Below are positions 20,287 through 29,334 of a DNA stretch of 64,000 nucleotides, in pieces. The stretch covers positions 11,661-75,660 of the forward strand of contig JACKCW010000003.1 in assembly GCA_020633845.1 (NCBI GenBank), written 5' to 3'. Position numbers and translations under genes: made by a program. The notes below the pieces were generated by a model that saw only the letters and a list, made by a program, of their open reading frames with translations, did not search any database and was not told the DNA's origin. This DNA is from Bacillales bacterium (GTDB lineage Bacteria; Bacillota_I; Bacilli_A; Izemoplasmatales; UBA1188). Each line of letters starts with the position of its first letter. The first letter of the stretch is position 1.

Positions 20287-20829
20287 ATGGATAATAATTA
20301 TAAAAGGTATTATTCTATCTTAAAAAACATTGCGAGGGGGTACGGAAAAGAATACGAAGACGATTTGAGACAAGACCTCTATCTTTATCTTGAAAAACTT
20401 CTGCAAGACAAAAACACCAAGAAAGCAGATAAACCGTATGCTTATATCAAAACCGCTCTTATAAATAAGGCCAAGCACCTTTTTGCGTGCGAAAAACATA
20501 TTAGAGACAAAACCATTTCTCTTGATTCAAAAAACGTGATCGATGTTCCTATTCTAGATCTTATAGCCGACATGAAGGGCTATGAAGAAGATTTAATACT
20601 CGAGGAAGTTAAAATATATTTTTATAACAACATAAAAGAAATAATGAACGAATCTTTAACCAAAAAAGAAGAAGATGTCTTTATGCTGGTTTTCTTTGAA
20701 GAAAAACCGCAAAAAGAAATTAAAGATAAACAAAACGTTTCACAACAAACTATCTCAGAAACATACAGAAGAGCCTGTCGAAAACTGAAAGATGTATTTC
20801 AGAAAATGTATGACGATTGGCCCGATTAA
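20287..20829 (+). CDS. small sigma-70 family factor (ECF/group-5, TcdR/UviA-like)
   Basis: 180 aa. Region 2-like EDDLRQDLYLYL...YIKTALINKAKHLF and region 4 HTH LTKKEEDVFMLVFFEEKPQKEIKDKQNVSQQTISETYRRACRKLK. Size, charge and layout resemble TcdR as I remember it. Confidence 0.7.
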   Translation: MDNNYKRYYSILKNIARGYGKEYEDDLRQDLYLYLEKLLQDKNTKKADKPYAYIKTALINKAKHLFACEKHIRDKTISLDSKNVIDVPILDLIADMKGYEEDLILEEVKIYFYNNIKEIMNESLTKKEEDVFMLVFFEEKPQKEIKDKQNVSQQTISETYRRACRKLKDVFQKMYDDWPD

Positions 20830-20852
20830 TGTATGTTTCTTTTTTGTTTAGG

Positions 20853-20883
20853 TTGTTTTTTCTTGATTTCCATCTCTTATATA
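20853..20883 (+). promoter_or_regulatory. shared module motif, copy 3 (upstream of NTase-A/NTase-B/rhs operon): TTGTTTTT-N12-TCTCTTATATA
   Basis: TTGTTTTTtcttgatttccaTCTCTTATATA. The TTATAT part ends 14 nt before the ATG at 20897. Confidence 0.45.
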
Positions 20884-20896
20884 ACGGAGGGTGAAA

Positions 20897-21757
20897 ATGT
20901 TAGACAATCTTAAAGCCACCGATTTTAATCCGAAAATTGAATTCAAAATGCTTAGTTTTTTAGATCTGAGTTCGGCTACAAAGTTAACGTATAAAGTAAA
21001 TAGAAAAATATTTGAAGGCAAAAAAACACCAAAGGCAATTGGAGAATTTATTTTTTATTGTTCATTTACTGTTTACCAAAAACTGAAAAACGAAAAACTT
21101 TCTTTAGATTTATTTAAAGAGTGCGCCTATGTTTATGGAGCGGTCTTTAATGAGAATAAAATAAATAATTTCTTGTTATGGTATGAAAGCATATCAGCCT
21201 TGCACCTATATTTAAGAATAGCCAAAACTCTTAAATATATAGTGAAGGAAAGGACCTTTTCAGATAAATCAACAGAAATGGCAATTCTTATTACGAATTC
21301 TTTTTTGTACAAAGCACACCACTTAGTCATTATTTATAAATGCCCTAACATCATCTATTTAGTCGGGGCAATCAAAAATGGTATAAGCGATGAATCACTC
21401 TTGAAATGCCTTGATATATTTAGCGAACTTCCGCCTCAACTAAATAATAAATACGAATTAGTTGATAAAAATACTATCATTTTGCTTCTTAAAGCCAATA
21501 AAGAAAAAATATATTCTCTAGGAATAAAAAAGCTATGGCTTTTCGGTTCTTTTGTTAACGAAGAACAGAACGAATATAGTGATGTTGATTTATATGCTTT
21601 AACCACCGAAGACGCCATCGACTCAAAAGAAGAGATATTAGTTGAACTTAAAAAAATTGTTAAAAGGCCAGTCGATTTTCATATGAATGATGATAAAACA
21701 CACTTTAACGAAAATATTTTAAAAGAAATGGAGTTGATCTTAGATGCAGATAAATAA
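20897..21757 (+). CDS. two-domain protein: helical N-terminal (degenerate Fic/Doc-like?) domain plus C-terminal MNT-type nucleotidyltransferase
   Basis: ATG at 20897 lies behind a GGAGGG RBS. The C-terminal Pol-beta NTase signature is LWLFGSFVNEEQNEYSDVDLYAL (GS at 21545-21550, DVD at 21581-21589). Confidence 0.7.
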   Translation: MLDNLKATDFNPKIEFKMLSFLDLSSATKLTYKVNRKIFEGKKTPKAIGEFIFYCSFTVYQKLKNEKLSLDLFKECAYVYGAVFNENKINNFLLWYESISALHLYLRIAKTLKYIVKERTFSDKSTEMAILITNSFLYKAHHLVIIYKCPNIIYLVGAIKNGISDESLLKCLDIFSELPPQLNNKYELVDKNTIILLLKANKEKIYSLGIKKLWLFGSFVNEEQNEYSDVDLYALTTEDAIDSKEEILVELKKIVKRPVDFHMNDDKTHFNENILKEMELILDADK

Positions 21758-22604
21758 CAGAATCAATATAAAACTTTTTTATCGTTTTATCGAATTTACT
21801 TCAAAGCTTTTAGGCACGGGGTTAACCCACGAAAAGATAAAACTCCTAGCGCTTGACATAGATAAAGCGGAATCGCTTGAAGAGATAAACCTCAAGCGAT
21901 TCTCAAGCGCCCATCTTTATCTTTTAAACAGCGTTTCCCAGAGCTTTACCAAAGATATACTAGATACATCTTATTTTATTCTTTCGGGAGAAAAACTTGA
22001 TGATGAAGTATCCGAAGGAATTTTAAATAAATATTATATGAACCTGGATGATGCAGCACACTATTTATCGAGCCTAATCCATTTCGCAGTTTTGGATAGT
22101 GTGAGCTTCAGAAAGGTTGAATTCGCTTTTTTGCTTTCAAACTATGTAATGCTTAAAAAAGAAACAAATCCGATTATCATCTATGACTGTACGAAAGACA
22201 AGTACAACAAAGCAATTGAAGATAATGACATAGACGAACTCGGACTCGTATTCTTTGAAGCCGAACAAGTGGAAAAGCCCAAAGAAAGCGACGTTTTCAT
22301 ATCTAAAGAACAAATATTCTCTTTAATTAAAGAAAACAGACCAAAAATCAAAGATTACTATAACGTTAAGAAATTATATTTATACGGTTCTTACGCCAAA
22401 GAAAAAACAACGGGATACAGTGATCTCGATTTTTTGGTTGTTTATAAAGATAAAATTCTAAACACAGAAAAAACCATGGCAACCATGCTCCTCAGAGAAT
22501 ATCTTGATTCTTTATTTCATGTTAAGACAGATATAATCGATTTTACACACGCCTTAGAAAAGCTTGATATCGGCGAAATGGAAAACACAATAACACTAAT
22601 ATAA
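21744..22604 (+). CDS. paralogue of the preceding gene: degenerate Fic/Doc-like N-terminal domain plus C-terminal MNT-type nucleotidyltransferase
   Basis: Overlaps the upstream gene by 14 nt. NTase motif LYLYGSYAKEKTTGYSDLDFLVV. The N-terminal HYLSSLIHFAVLDSVSFRKVEFAFLLSNYVMLKKETNPIIIY follows the Fic core helix pattern but has no HPFxxGNGR. Confidence 0.7.
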   Translation: MQINNRINIKLFYRFIEFTSKLLGTGLTHEKIKLLALDIDKAESLEEINLKRFSSAHLYLLNSVSQSFTKDILDTSYFILSGEKLDDEVSEGILNKYYMNLDDAAHYLSSLIHFAVLDSVSFRKVEFAFLLSNYVMLKKETNPIIIYDCTKDKYNKAIEDNDIDELGLVFFEAEQVEKPKESDVFISKEQIFSLIKENRPKIKDYYNVKKLYLYGSYAKEKTTGYSDLDFLVVYKDKILNTEKTMATMLLREYLDSLFHVKTDIIDFTHALEKLDIGEMENTITLI

Positions 22605-22617
22605 AAGGAGATTTAAA

Positions 22618-25600
22618 ATGATTCAAAAAATTACAAACAACACAATAAACCCGGGAATCACGATAGTTGATTCCAAAATTTATGGCACAAACGGAACTCT
22701 ATATTCTTATTCTTCTAGCGGCCACTATTATTCTGGTTTTAACAGCACAAAATTAATGTTTATAAAATTAACTTTCAACATTTTGTCGTCATCAGATATT
22801 CAGAGATCATACTTAAATTTAAAATATTCTGGAGTACACAATTCTACAATGCTTAGAATCTATGACACCAACCAAACTGCCACGACTTCGGCGGCGCTGT
22901 TATCTGTTATTTCCAATTACTCAAACACAGCTTATTTTGATGATGCGGTCATTATTGATGAGAGTACTATGACTGATGGATACGGACGTGCATCTTTTGA
23001 TATAACAAACATTATCAGAAGCAAAGCGACAAGCACCACTTTCAGCGTTGTGCTCATGATAGCCTCAGACTATTCAAGTGCAACTGAATTAAAATTATAT
23101 GATCCAGTTTATGATACTGATGATGTTTGTGTTACAACTTTGTCCGCGATTGACGGATTATCATCAAATTATCAATACCAGGAATCCGATGCCGGATTTG
23201 CCGGAAAAACATACGTAAATCTTGCAACGGGAAAAATGCTTTTAAATTTTGCCGGGCCATCTAGCAAAGATACAAAAATGCCTTTAGCATTTGGTTTTAC
23301 CTATAATTCAAATAGATACCAACTATCATATGATTTGGGCAACGGGGCCAAGTCCTTTTTCAATTATAAAATATATCAAAGCGGATCGTCTTTAATCGTT
23401 CAAGATCCATCTGGTTATGACAATGTTTTTACACCTATTGATGATGAAGAGGCCGAAAATCTTGATATTGATACCTCAAATCAATCTTGTGACTACTATT
23501 ATTCATACGAGACGGGATCGCACATTGCGTATAATTCATCTACTTCTTTGTTGAGGTTATACGATAAAAACGAAAACTTGATGAGTTTTTATTATAATAC
23601 GATCGTTACAAGACTTATGAGCATTTCAAATAAGCTTGGCAAAACCACAGATTATAATTGGGACATACTAAACGGCAATCCACCAGAATCAATTGAAAAC
23701 TCTGTTGGAGAGATAATGTCTTTGGTTTATGACTCTTCAGACAGAGTTGTTACAGCAACATGTAACTCTATTATTTTAACTTTCGCTTATGACGCGTCTG
23801 GTCGCTTATCAAGTGTGATAGAAAACAACGGGTCCACTAATTTGTATACTGCAACTTACGGATATGATACAAACGGATATATGAACGACATTCACGACTC
23901 TTATTCAGATACCGGAATCAGTTTTACATATACCGGAGGAAAAGTGACCAGAATAGACTATTATAAAAACTCAACAACTGAATCTGCCGGATATAAAGTA
24001 ATTGCTTACAACGATAATTTTACTAGTGTAGCCAATGAAAAAGGAGAGATTAATTATTACTACTTCAATGAAAACGGCAAATGTATTATGGTTATGGATG
24101 ACAAGGGAAAAACTATTTCATTTAACTATGATGAAATAAAAAATGGTTTATCTAGTAATCTTTCCGGTCAGTCTCACGTTCAACATAATTCTAGAAATTT
24201 GATTGAAAATAATAGTTTTGAAAGCAATGATGATTTATTTGGAGATGACTCTTGTTGGACTATTTCAGGAGCGTCTTCTACAACTGCGGAAACAGTTGAT
24301 GATGGAGTATATGGGCAAAAATCTTTAAAAGTATCTCACGCTGCCGGAGAAACGATAACAATTTCTCAAAATTTGCATAATGTCTATGAGGGAACATACA
24401 TTTTAAAAGGATTTTTAAAACGTTATACACAAGCAAGTGCGATTACTTCAAGCAATATAAAAATCAAATTAATCGGAAGCTACGACATAACTGAAAGCGT
24501 TCCTGTGACCACAACGCAAAGCGATGGCACAACAGTCACAACATATGTTAATCAAACAAATCATTGTGACAATTTATCAGTAGAAAATGCATCTTTTTCC
24601 GGAGATTCTAATTGGGTTGCTTTTAGTCTTCCTGCTTTAAGTTTTCCTACAGCATCATTTAATAATACCTTAAATATTACAATCCAATTAATCGGAAACA
24701 CATATGATGTTTATTTTGACGAACTACAACTTAACAGCAAAGATATGAGCGCTAGATATAATTATGTTGAAAATGGATATATGGAATATGGAAGCGTGCT
24801 GCCTACTGGATTCGCAATGAATAGCGTTGGCCTTTTGGATTCTATTTATACTCTTACTTCATCAGATGAACATGCATCTATTCTGGGCAAAAAAGTAATG
24901 CGGCTTTATGAAACATGTGCCTATACTCAAACATCTGGAACTATCAATTCAAAAAAATTCTATCGAGAGATTCCGATAAAAGGAATTGAAGGAGAAGAAC
25001 TAGTATTTAGCATCTTTGCCAAGGCTTTAGCTACAGAAAATAATATTTTCAGAGCCTATATAATTTTTAATTATGTTGGCCAAAGTGCCGTATCAACCTA
25101 TAGGTTCGATTTTATCAAAGACTTTTCTAACTGGCAAATGCTTACAAAAAGCATAACAGCCGAGCACTCATACGATGGAATTATTCTAGGAGTGGAGTAT
25201 GCCGGAAAGTCAAACGCATATATTGATGCCTTCCAGCTTTATAAAGATAACTATGGAAAGTACTATTCATATGATAAAAAAGGCAACCTTATTAACACAG
25301 TGGATGGCGCATCTTCCTCGAGCTTTTCTTACAACGATCTAAATGAAATTGAAAGCGCCTCTTTGAGCGACGGCAGTTACTATAGATATGAATATGATGA
25401 CGATAGACAAATTACCGGCGTATATGATTCAAACGGCAATCATCTAGTGATGGAGTACGACGATAATGGAAATAGAACCAGCGTTCAATTATTTGATGTC
25501 AATGGCAAAGCACTAAATGTGTCATCAGCCTATAATTCCTACAGCAAAGCACTTAGTTATACTAATGAATTAAATGAAACTACAACATACAGCTTTGATG

Positions 25601-28600
25601 CAAAAGGATTACTTCAAACTACTACAGATCCAACTGGGCAAGTCGAAAGAAATTCTTATGATAGTTATGATAGGCTCATTTGTCTCGATTCATTTCACGG
25701 AGGAAACGCACCAACAAATGCAGAAAACCAATACAGCTATAACAGCCTTAATCAATTGGCCTCAATTTCAAGTAACAACGGCACGACGTATGGATTTGTT
25801 TATGATGACTTTGGAAGAATAACAGAGATAAACATAGATGGAGCAAGATACCAATCAAAAGAATACAATTTAAGTCACGGTACTCCGTCTGTGAATACCG
25901 GATTATTAACTATGAAAAGATATGGGACATCAGGAGACTACTATGCTTTTACTTATGACGATAATGATAGAATAGCTACTGTTTTACTAAACGGAAACCA
26001 AATTGCAGCCTATGAATATGATGAAAACGGACAAATATCCAAATCAACCGACTCTGTAAATGATAATACTAGAAATTTCTCCTATGATTTAAAGGGAAAT
26101 TTGAAAAAATCAACCGACTCTGACGGCAACTCTATTTCTTATTTTTACGACAATCTTGGTGCTGTTCAAAAAACCATCTATGAAATAAACGAAAAAAATA
26201 GAACATTTGATTACCAGTATACATATGAAGAAAATGAATACTCAAAAGAAGGATATTTTGAAAGACTGAGTACTGTTTATGGAGACGAGATAATAAAAGG
26301 AAATATGCTCGGAAAAGGAACATACGGAGCTACACCCGATGAAGATATCCCTAGTTCTATGGTTTATACAGACGACGTTATTAAAATGTCTGTTTATAAG
26401 TTTTCAACAGCAGATAACAAAATAGAATATGAACTATCTAAATTTAATAATGATAGGGATGGGATATATTATAACTCCACTCAGTTTAACTACAATGTCT
26501 GGAAATCAAACTTTGCAAACGAAAAGACTTTCTATGCCTGGATAAAACCGATGGGCAGTTTTTCTGAGGAATGCATTTTCCAGTTTGCCGATATTACTAA
26601 TCAAACGACATATTGCAGTTTGGTAGTCAATTCAACTGGGCATTTAGGACTAAAACCATATAATTCAAGTAGTATGGCCTTAACCTCGAGCGCCTTAACA
26701 ATAGGAGTTTATAACCTTGTTGGAGTCCAGTTTATCAAATCTTCTTCTTCAATTACCGCGAGATTAATTGTAAACGGAAATGTAACAGAATTTTCAACAA
26801 CCATTGACCCTAGTAATTTTGGATACTTAAAAGTGGCCGATCAAAGGGAATATAATTACTCAAGTTTACTCCCTATGTATATTTATATAGCATTTATGTC
26901 TGCCGGCTCTTATCCATATACAGCCGATGACTTTCAAGCAATTTATAAAGCCGGCGCGCCTTATCTTTCTAGCATAATAAACAGAGAAAGTAAAACGAGT
27001 GGAGTACTGTATTATAATAAAACACCATATGAAAGCTTTGATATTATAACGCTTAATGGGAGCTTCGTGTCCAGCAAGGGCTTAGAGCCGAAAACTATTG
27101 TTGAAACCGATAATTCATATAAGGTTGACAAGGCAAAACTATTCAAATACGACCTTACTCTTAAAAAACATATATATGGAAGTTATAGTAGTGTTGTGAA
27201 TTTAACTCCTGGTAACAATTCTAAATTGGTATATGATTTAGGGCTAGGTGCATCAGGCACTATATCAATTAGATATCGCTTTGACGCATCAGCAAGTCAA
27301 GATACTTATCCTAAAATGTTGTTCTCTTTCATTAACGGCAGTACAACACATTTATATGCCGAATATCAAAGTAGCACTGGCTTTAAAATATACGATAATG
27401 CAGGTCATTCTACTGTTATTCCTTTTGATACAGGAGTTTGGCATACCTTATCATTATCATATAACTCAAGCGGAACTCTACTTTATCAAGACTTAACAAG
27501 TATATCCAACTCACTAAGCATAAATTTAACCGGTTGTGAAGCGTATATAGGCTCCGGAAGTTCAGACAACACTCAAATGGATGGAGACATGGAAATGCTT
27601 GTATTTGGAAATTCTAAAGCTACGGCAACACAACTTCAAGCATTCTACAGCGGAAGAAAATCATACTCTGTGTTAAAAACACACGACTTACTAGATCGTA
27701 TTACCAAAAAAGAGATAATAAAAAATTCTGCAACTGCTTCTCATACTACCACAACATATTATACTCATGGGGATACTACAACCGCAATTCATCCACTTGT
27801 TCATAGTGAGGAGACTACAACTAAAGAGCAAAATGTAAGCACAACAGAAGTAACAATTTACTCATATGATTCTTTAAATAATGTTACGTCAAAACTAGTA
27901 ACAGACGCAAACGGAGTCGGAAAAGAAAGAGTCGATTACTCATACGATGAGATTGGCAGATTATCTGAAGAGGATACATACACTTATGTGAGCGGCACCG
28001 GTCTCGTCTTAACTTATAAATTTAAGTACACATATGATCAAAACGGAAATATTACATATAGAAAAAAATACAGTTCCACAGACAGTCTTCTTGCAACAAA
28101 ATCCTATGTATATGATCAAACAATAAAAGATAGATTAGCAAGCGTCACCGATGGAAATACCACCACCACTATTACATATGGTACCGGCTTTGCATTTAAC
28201 CCGACATATATAGGATCTACCCCACTAGCATGGAGCGGAAGAAGATTAACCGGATATGGCTCAAACCTATTTGTTTACAACGAAGATGGAATAAGAATTA
28301 GAAAAACATCAGTTGGATTTGCAACTCATACTTATGATTTAGAAGGAAAAAGGGTAGTCGGCGAAACAATAGATAGTCCATCAATTCACTTTGATTATAA
28401 CTATGATGAAGAAGGGACACTTATTGGACTTACTTATAATGGAATTGAATACTTCTATTTAAGAGATATAACTGGAAATATTGTCAAAATAGTTGATGAA
28501 TCTGGAAATACAGTAGTAAAATATAGTTATGATGCATGGGGCACAGTAACAAAAACAAATATTGCAAACACCACTGCATCAGGTATCCTCTATACATACA

Positions 28601-29325
28601 ATCCATATTTATACAAAGGCTATTATTACGACAGAGAAACTAATTTGTATTACTGCAACAGCAGATACTACAGTCCTTCTTTATGCAGATGGATATCGGC
28701 TGACGCAATAGACAATCTTGATCAATCAACGATTGATGGAATAAATCTATACGCGTATTGTGGTAATAACCCAGTAATGGGATATGATCCAGAAGGAAAA
28801 TGGAATTGGAAAAAATTCGCCATTGCACTTGCTGTATCTATTGTTATAGTGGCGGTTACTGTGGCTATAGTTGTTGCAACCACCGCAACTGGTGGACTTG
28901 CAATGCTTATTATTGGGGCTGCAGTTACCACTGGTGTAGTTTTGTCTTACGCAGCAGGCGCAGAAAAAACAGTGGTCATAGATTTAAGTTGTTATTTATG
29001 GGATGTTGGCGGAGGAAATTCTCTGGTCATTGATTTTAAAAATGATTCATGCGAACTATACTCTCATGGTGGGTTTGTGATGGGAGATAGTCCCATGGCT
29101 ATTTCTTTCTCTGTCGGACTTGTTGATAATTATAAAGGAAAACGCGGATACGAAGGACCATTTATGAAGATTGGAGGAGGATATAAAATTGGAATTGAAC
29201 ACGCTTTTGATCCGACTAAACCATATGATGAAACCGTTAGAGCTACAACAGTAACTTTTTCAAATTCTTTTGGAGTATACGCAGGATTTGATTATTATAC
29301 TAGTTTATTTTATTTTAATTTCTAG
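22618..29325 (+). CDS. Rhs/YD-repeat polymorphic toxin (2235 aa) with a variable C-terminal toxin domain
   Basis: Many YD repeats (YDASGRL, YGYDTNGY, YEYDDDRQ, YDDNGN, YSYDEIGRL, YTYDQNGN). Rhs core end YNPYLYKGYYYDRETNLYYCNSRYYSPSLCRWISADA...NLYAYCGNNPVMGYDPEGK (DPEG at 28786-28797). No signal peptide, LXG, WXG or PAAR-like N-terminus is visible. Confidence 0.9.
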   Translation: MIQKITNNTINPGITIVDSKIYGTNGTLYSYSSSGHYYSGFNSTKLMFIKLTFNILSSSDIQRSYLNLKYSGVHNSTMLRIYDTNQTATTSAALLSVISNYSNTAYFDDAVIIDESTMTDGYGRASFDITNIIRSKATSTTFSVVLMIASDYSSATELKLYDPVYDTDDVCVTTLSAIDGLSSNYQYQESDAGFAGKTYVNLATGKMLLNFAGPSSKDTKMPLAFGFTYNSNRYQLSYDLGNGAKSFFNYKIYQSGSSLIVQDPSGYDNVFTPIDDEEAENLDIDTSNQSCDYYYSYETGSHIAYNSSTSLLRLYDKNENLMSFYYNTIVTRLMSISNKLGKTTDYNWDILNGNPPESIENSVGEIMSLVYDSSDRVVTATCNSIILTFAYDASGRLSSVIENNGSTNLYTATYGYDTNGYMNDIHDSYSDTGISFTYTGGKVTRIDYYKNSTTESAGYKVIAYNDNFTSVANEKGEINYYYFNENGKCIMVMDDKGKTISFNYDEIKNGLSSNLSGQSHVQHNSRNLIENNSFESNDDLFGDDSCWTISGASSTTAETVDDGVYGQKSLKVSHAAGETITISQNLHNVYEGTYILKGFLKRYTQASAITSSNIKIKLIGSYDITESVPVTTTQSDGTTVTTYVNQTNHCDNLSVENASFSGDSNWVAFSLPALSFPTASFNNTLNITIQLIGNTYDVYFDELQLNSKDMSARYNYVENGYMEYGSVLPTGFAMNSVGLLDSIYTLTSSDEHASILGKKVMRLYETCAYTQTSGTINSKKFYREIPIKGIEGEELVFSIFAKALATENNIFRAYIIFNYVGQSAVSTYRFDFIKDFSNWQMLTKSITAEHSYDGIILGVEYAGKSNAYIDAFQLYKDNYGKYYSYDKKGNLINTVDGASSSSFSYNDLNEIESASLSDGSYYRYEYDDDRQITGVYDSNGNHLVMEYDDNGNRTSVQLFDVNGKALNVSSAYNSYSKALSYTNELNETTTYSFDAKGLLQTTTDPTGQVERNSYDSYDRLICLDSFHGGNAPTNAENQYSYNSLNQLASISSNNGTTYGFVYDDFGRITEINIDGARYQSKEYNLSHGTPSVNTGLLTMKRYGTSGDYYAFTYDDNDRIATVLLNGNQIAAYEYDENGQISKSTDSVNDNTRNFSYDLKGNLKKSTDSDGNSISYFYDNLGAVQKTIYEINEKNRTFDYQYTYEENEYSKEGYFERLSTVYGDEIIKGNMLGKGTYGATPDEDIPSSMVYTDDVIKMSVYKFSTADNKIEYELSKFNNDRDGIYYNSTQFNYNVWKSNFANEKTFYAWIKPMGSFSEECIFQFADITNQTTYCSLVVNSTGHLGLKPYNSSSMALTSSALTIGVYNLVGVQFIKSSSSITARLIVNGNVTEFSTTIDPSNFGYLKVADQREYNYSSLLPMYIYIAFMSAGSYPYTADDFQAIYKAGAPYLSSIINRESKTSGVLYYNKTPYESFDIITLNGSFVSSKGLEPKTIVETDNSYKVDKAKLFKYDLTLKKHIYGSYSSVVNLTPGNNSKLVYDLGLGASGTISIRYRFDASASQDTYPKMLFSFINGSTTHLYAEYQSSTGFKIYDNAGHSTVIPFDTGVWHTLSLSYNSSGTLLYQDLTSISNSLSINLTGCEAYIGSGSSDNTQMDGDMEMLVFGNSKATATQLQAFYSGRKSYSVLKTHDLLDRITKKEIIKNSATASHTTTTYYTHGDTTTAIHPLVHSEETTTKEQNVSTTEVTIYSYDSLNNVTSKLVTDANGVGKERVDYSYDEIGRLSEEDTYTYVSGTGLVLTYKFKYTYDQNGNITYRKKYSSTDSLLATKSYVYDQTIKDRLASVTDGNTTTTITYGTGFAFNPTYIGSTPLAWSGRRLTGYGSNLFVYNEDGIRIRKTSVGFATHTYDLEGKRVVGETIDSPSIHFDYNYDEEGTLIGLTYNGIEYFYLRDITGNIVKIVDESGNTVVKYSYDAWGTVTKTNIANTTASGILYTYNPYLYKGYYYDRETNLYYCNSRYYSPSLCRWISADAIDNLDQSTIDGINLYAYCGNNPVMGYDPEGKWNWKKFAIALAVSIVIVAVTVAIVVATTATGGLAMLIIGAAVTTGVVLSYAAGAEKTVVIDLSCYLWDVGGGNSLVIDFKNDSCELYSHGGFVMGDSPMAISFSVGLVDNYKGKRGYEGPFMKIGGGYKIGIEHAFDPTKPYDETVRATTVTFSNSFGVYAGFDYYTSLFYFNF
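28499..28803 (+). repeat. rhs core 3' homology block (recombination substrate), master copy
   Basis: Nucleotide-level similarity to 32348-32626 over the full block and to 30984-31186 over its 3' two-thirds. Similarity ends at the DPxG codons. Confidence 0.8.
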
Positions 29326-29334
29326 GGAGGATAT

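Noticed and set aside
25574-29033. Short ORFs inside rhs (25574..25822, 26132..26323, 27248..27496, 28640..28828, 28722..28931, 28800..29033)
   Set aside because: These are alternative-frame or antisense ORFs inside a continuous 6.7 kb reading frame with clear YD-repeat content. No independent start signals are present.
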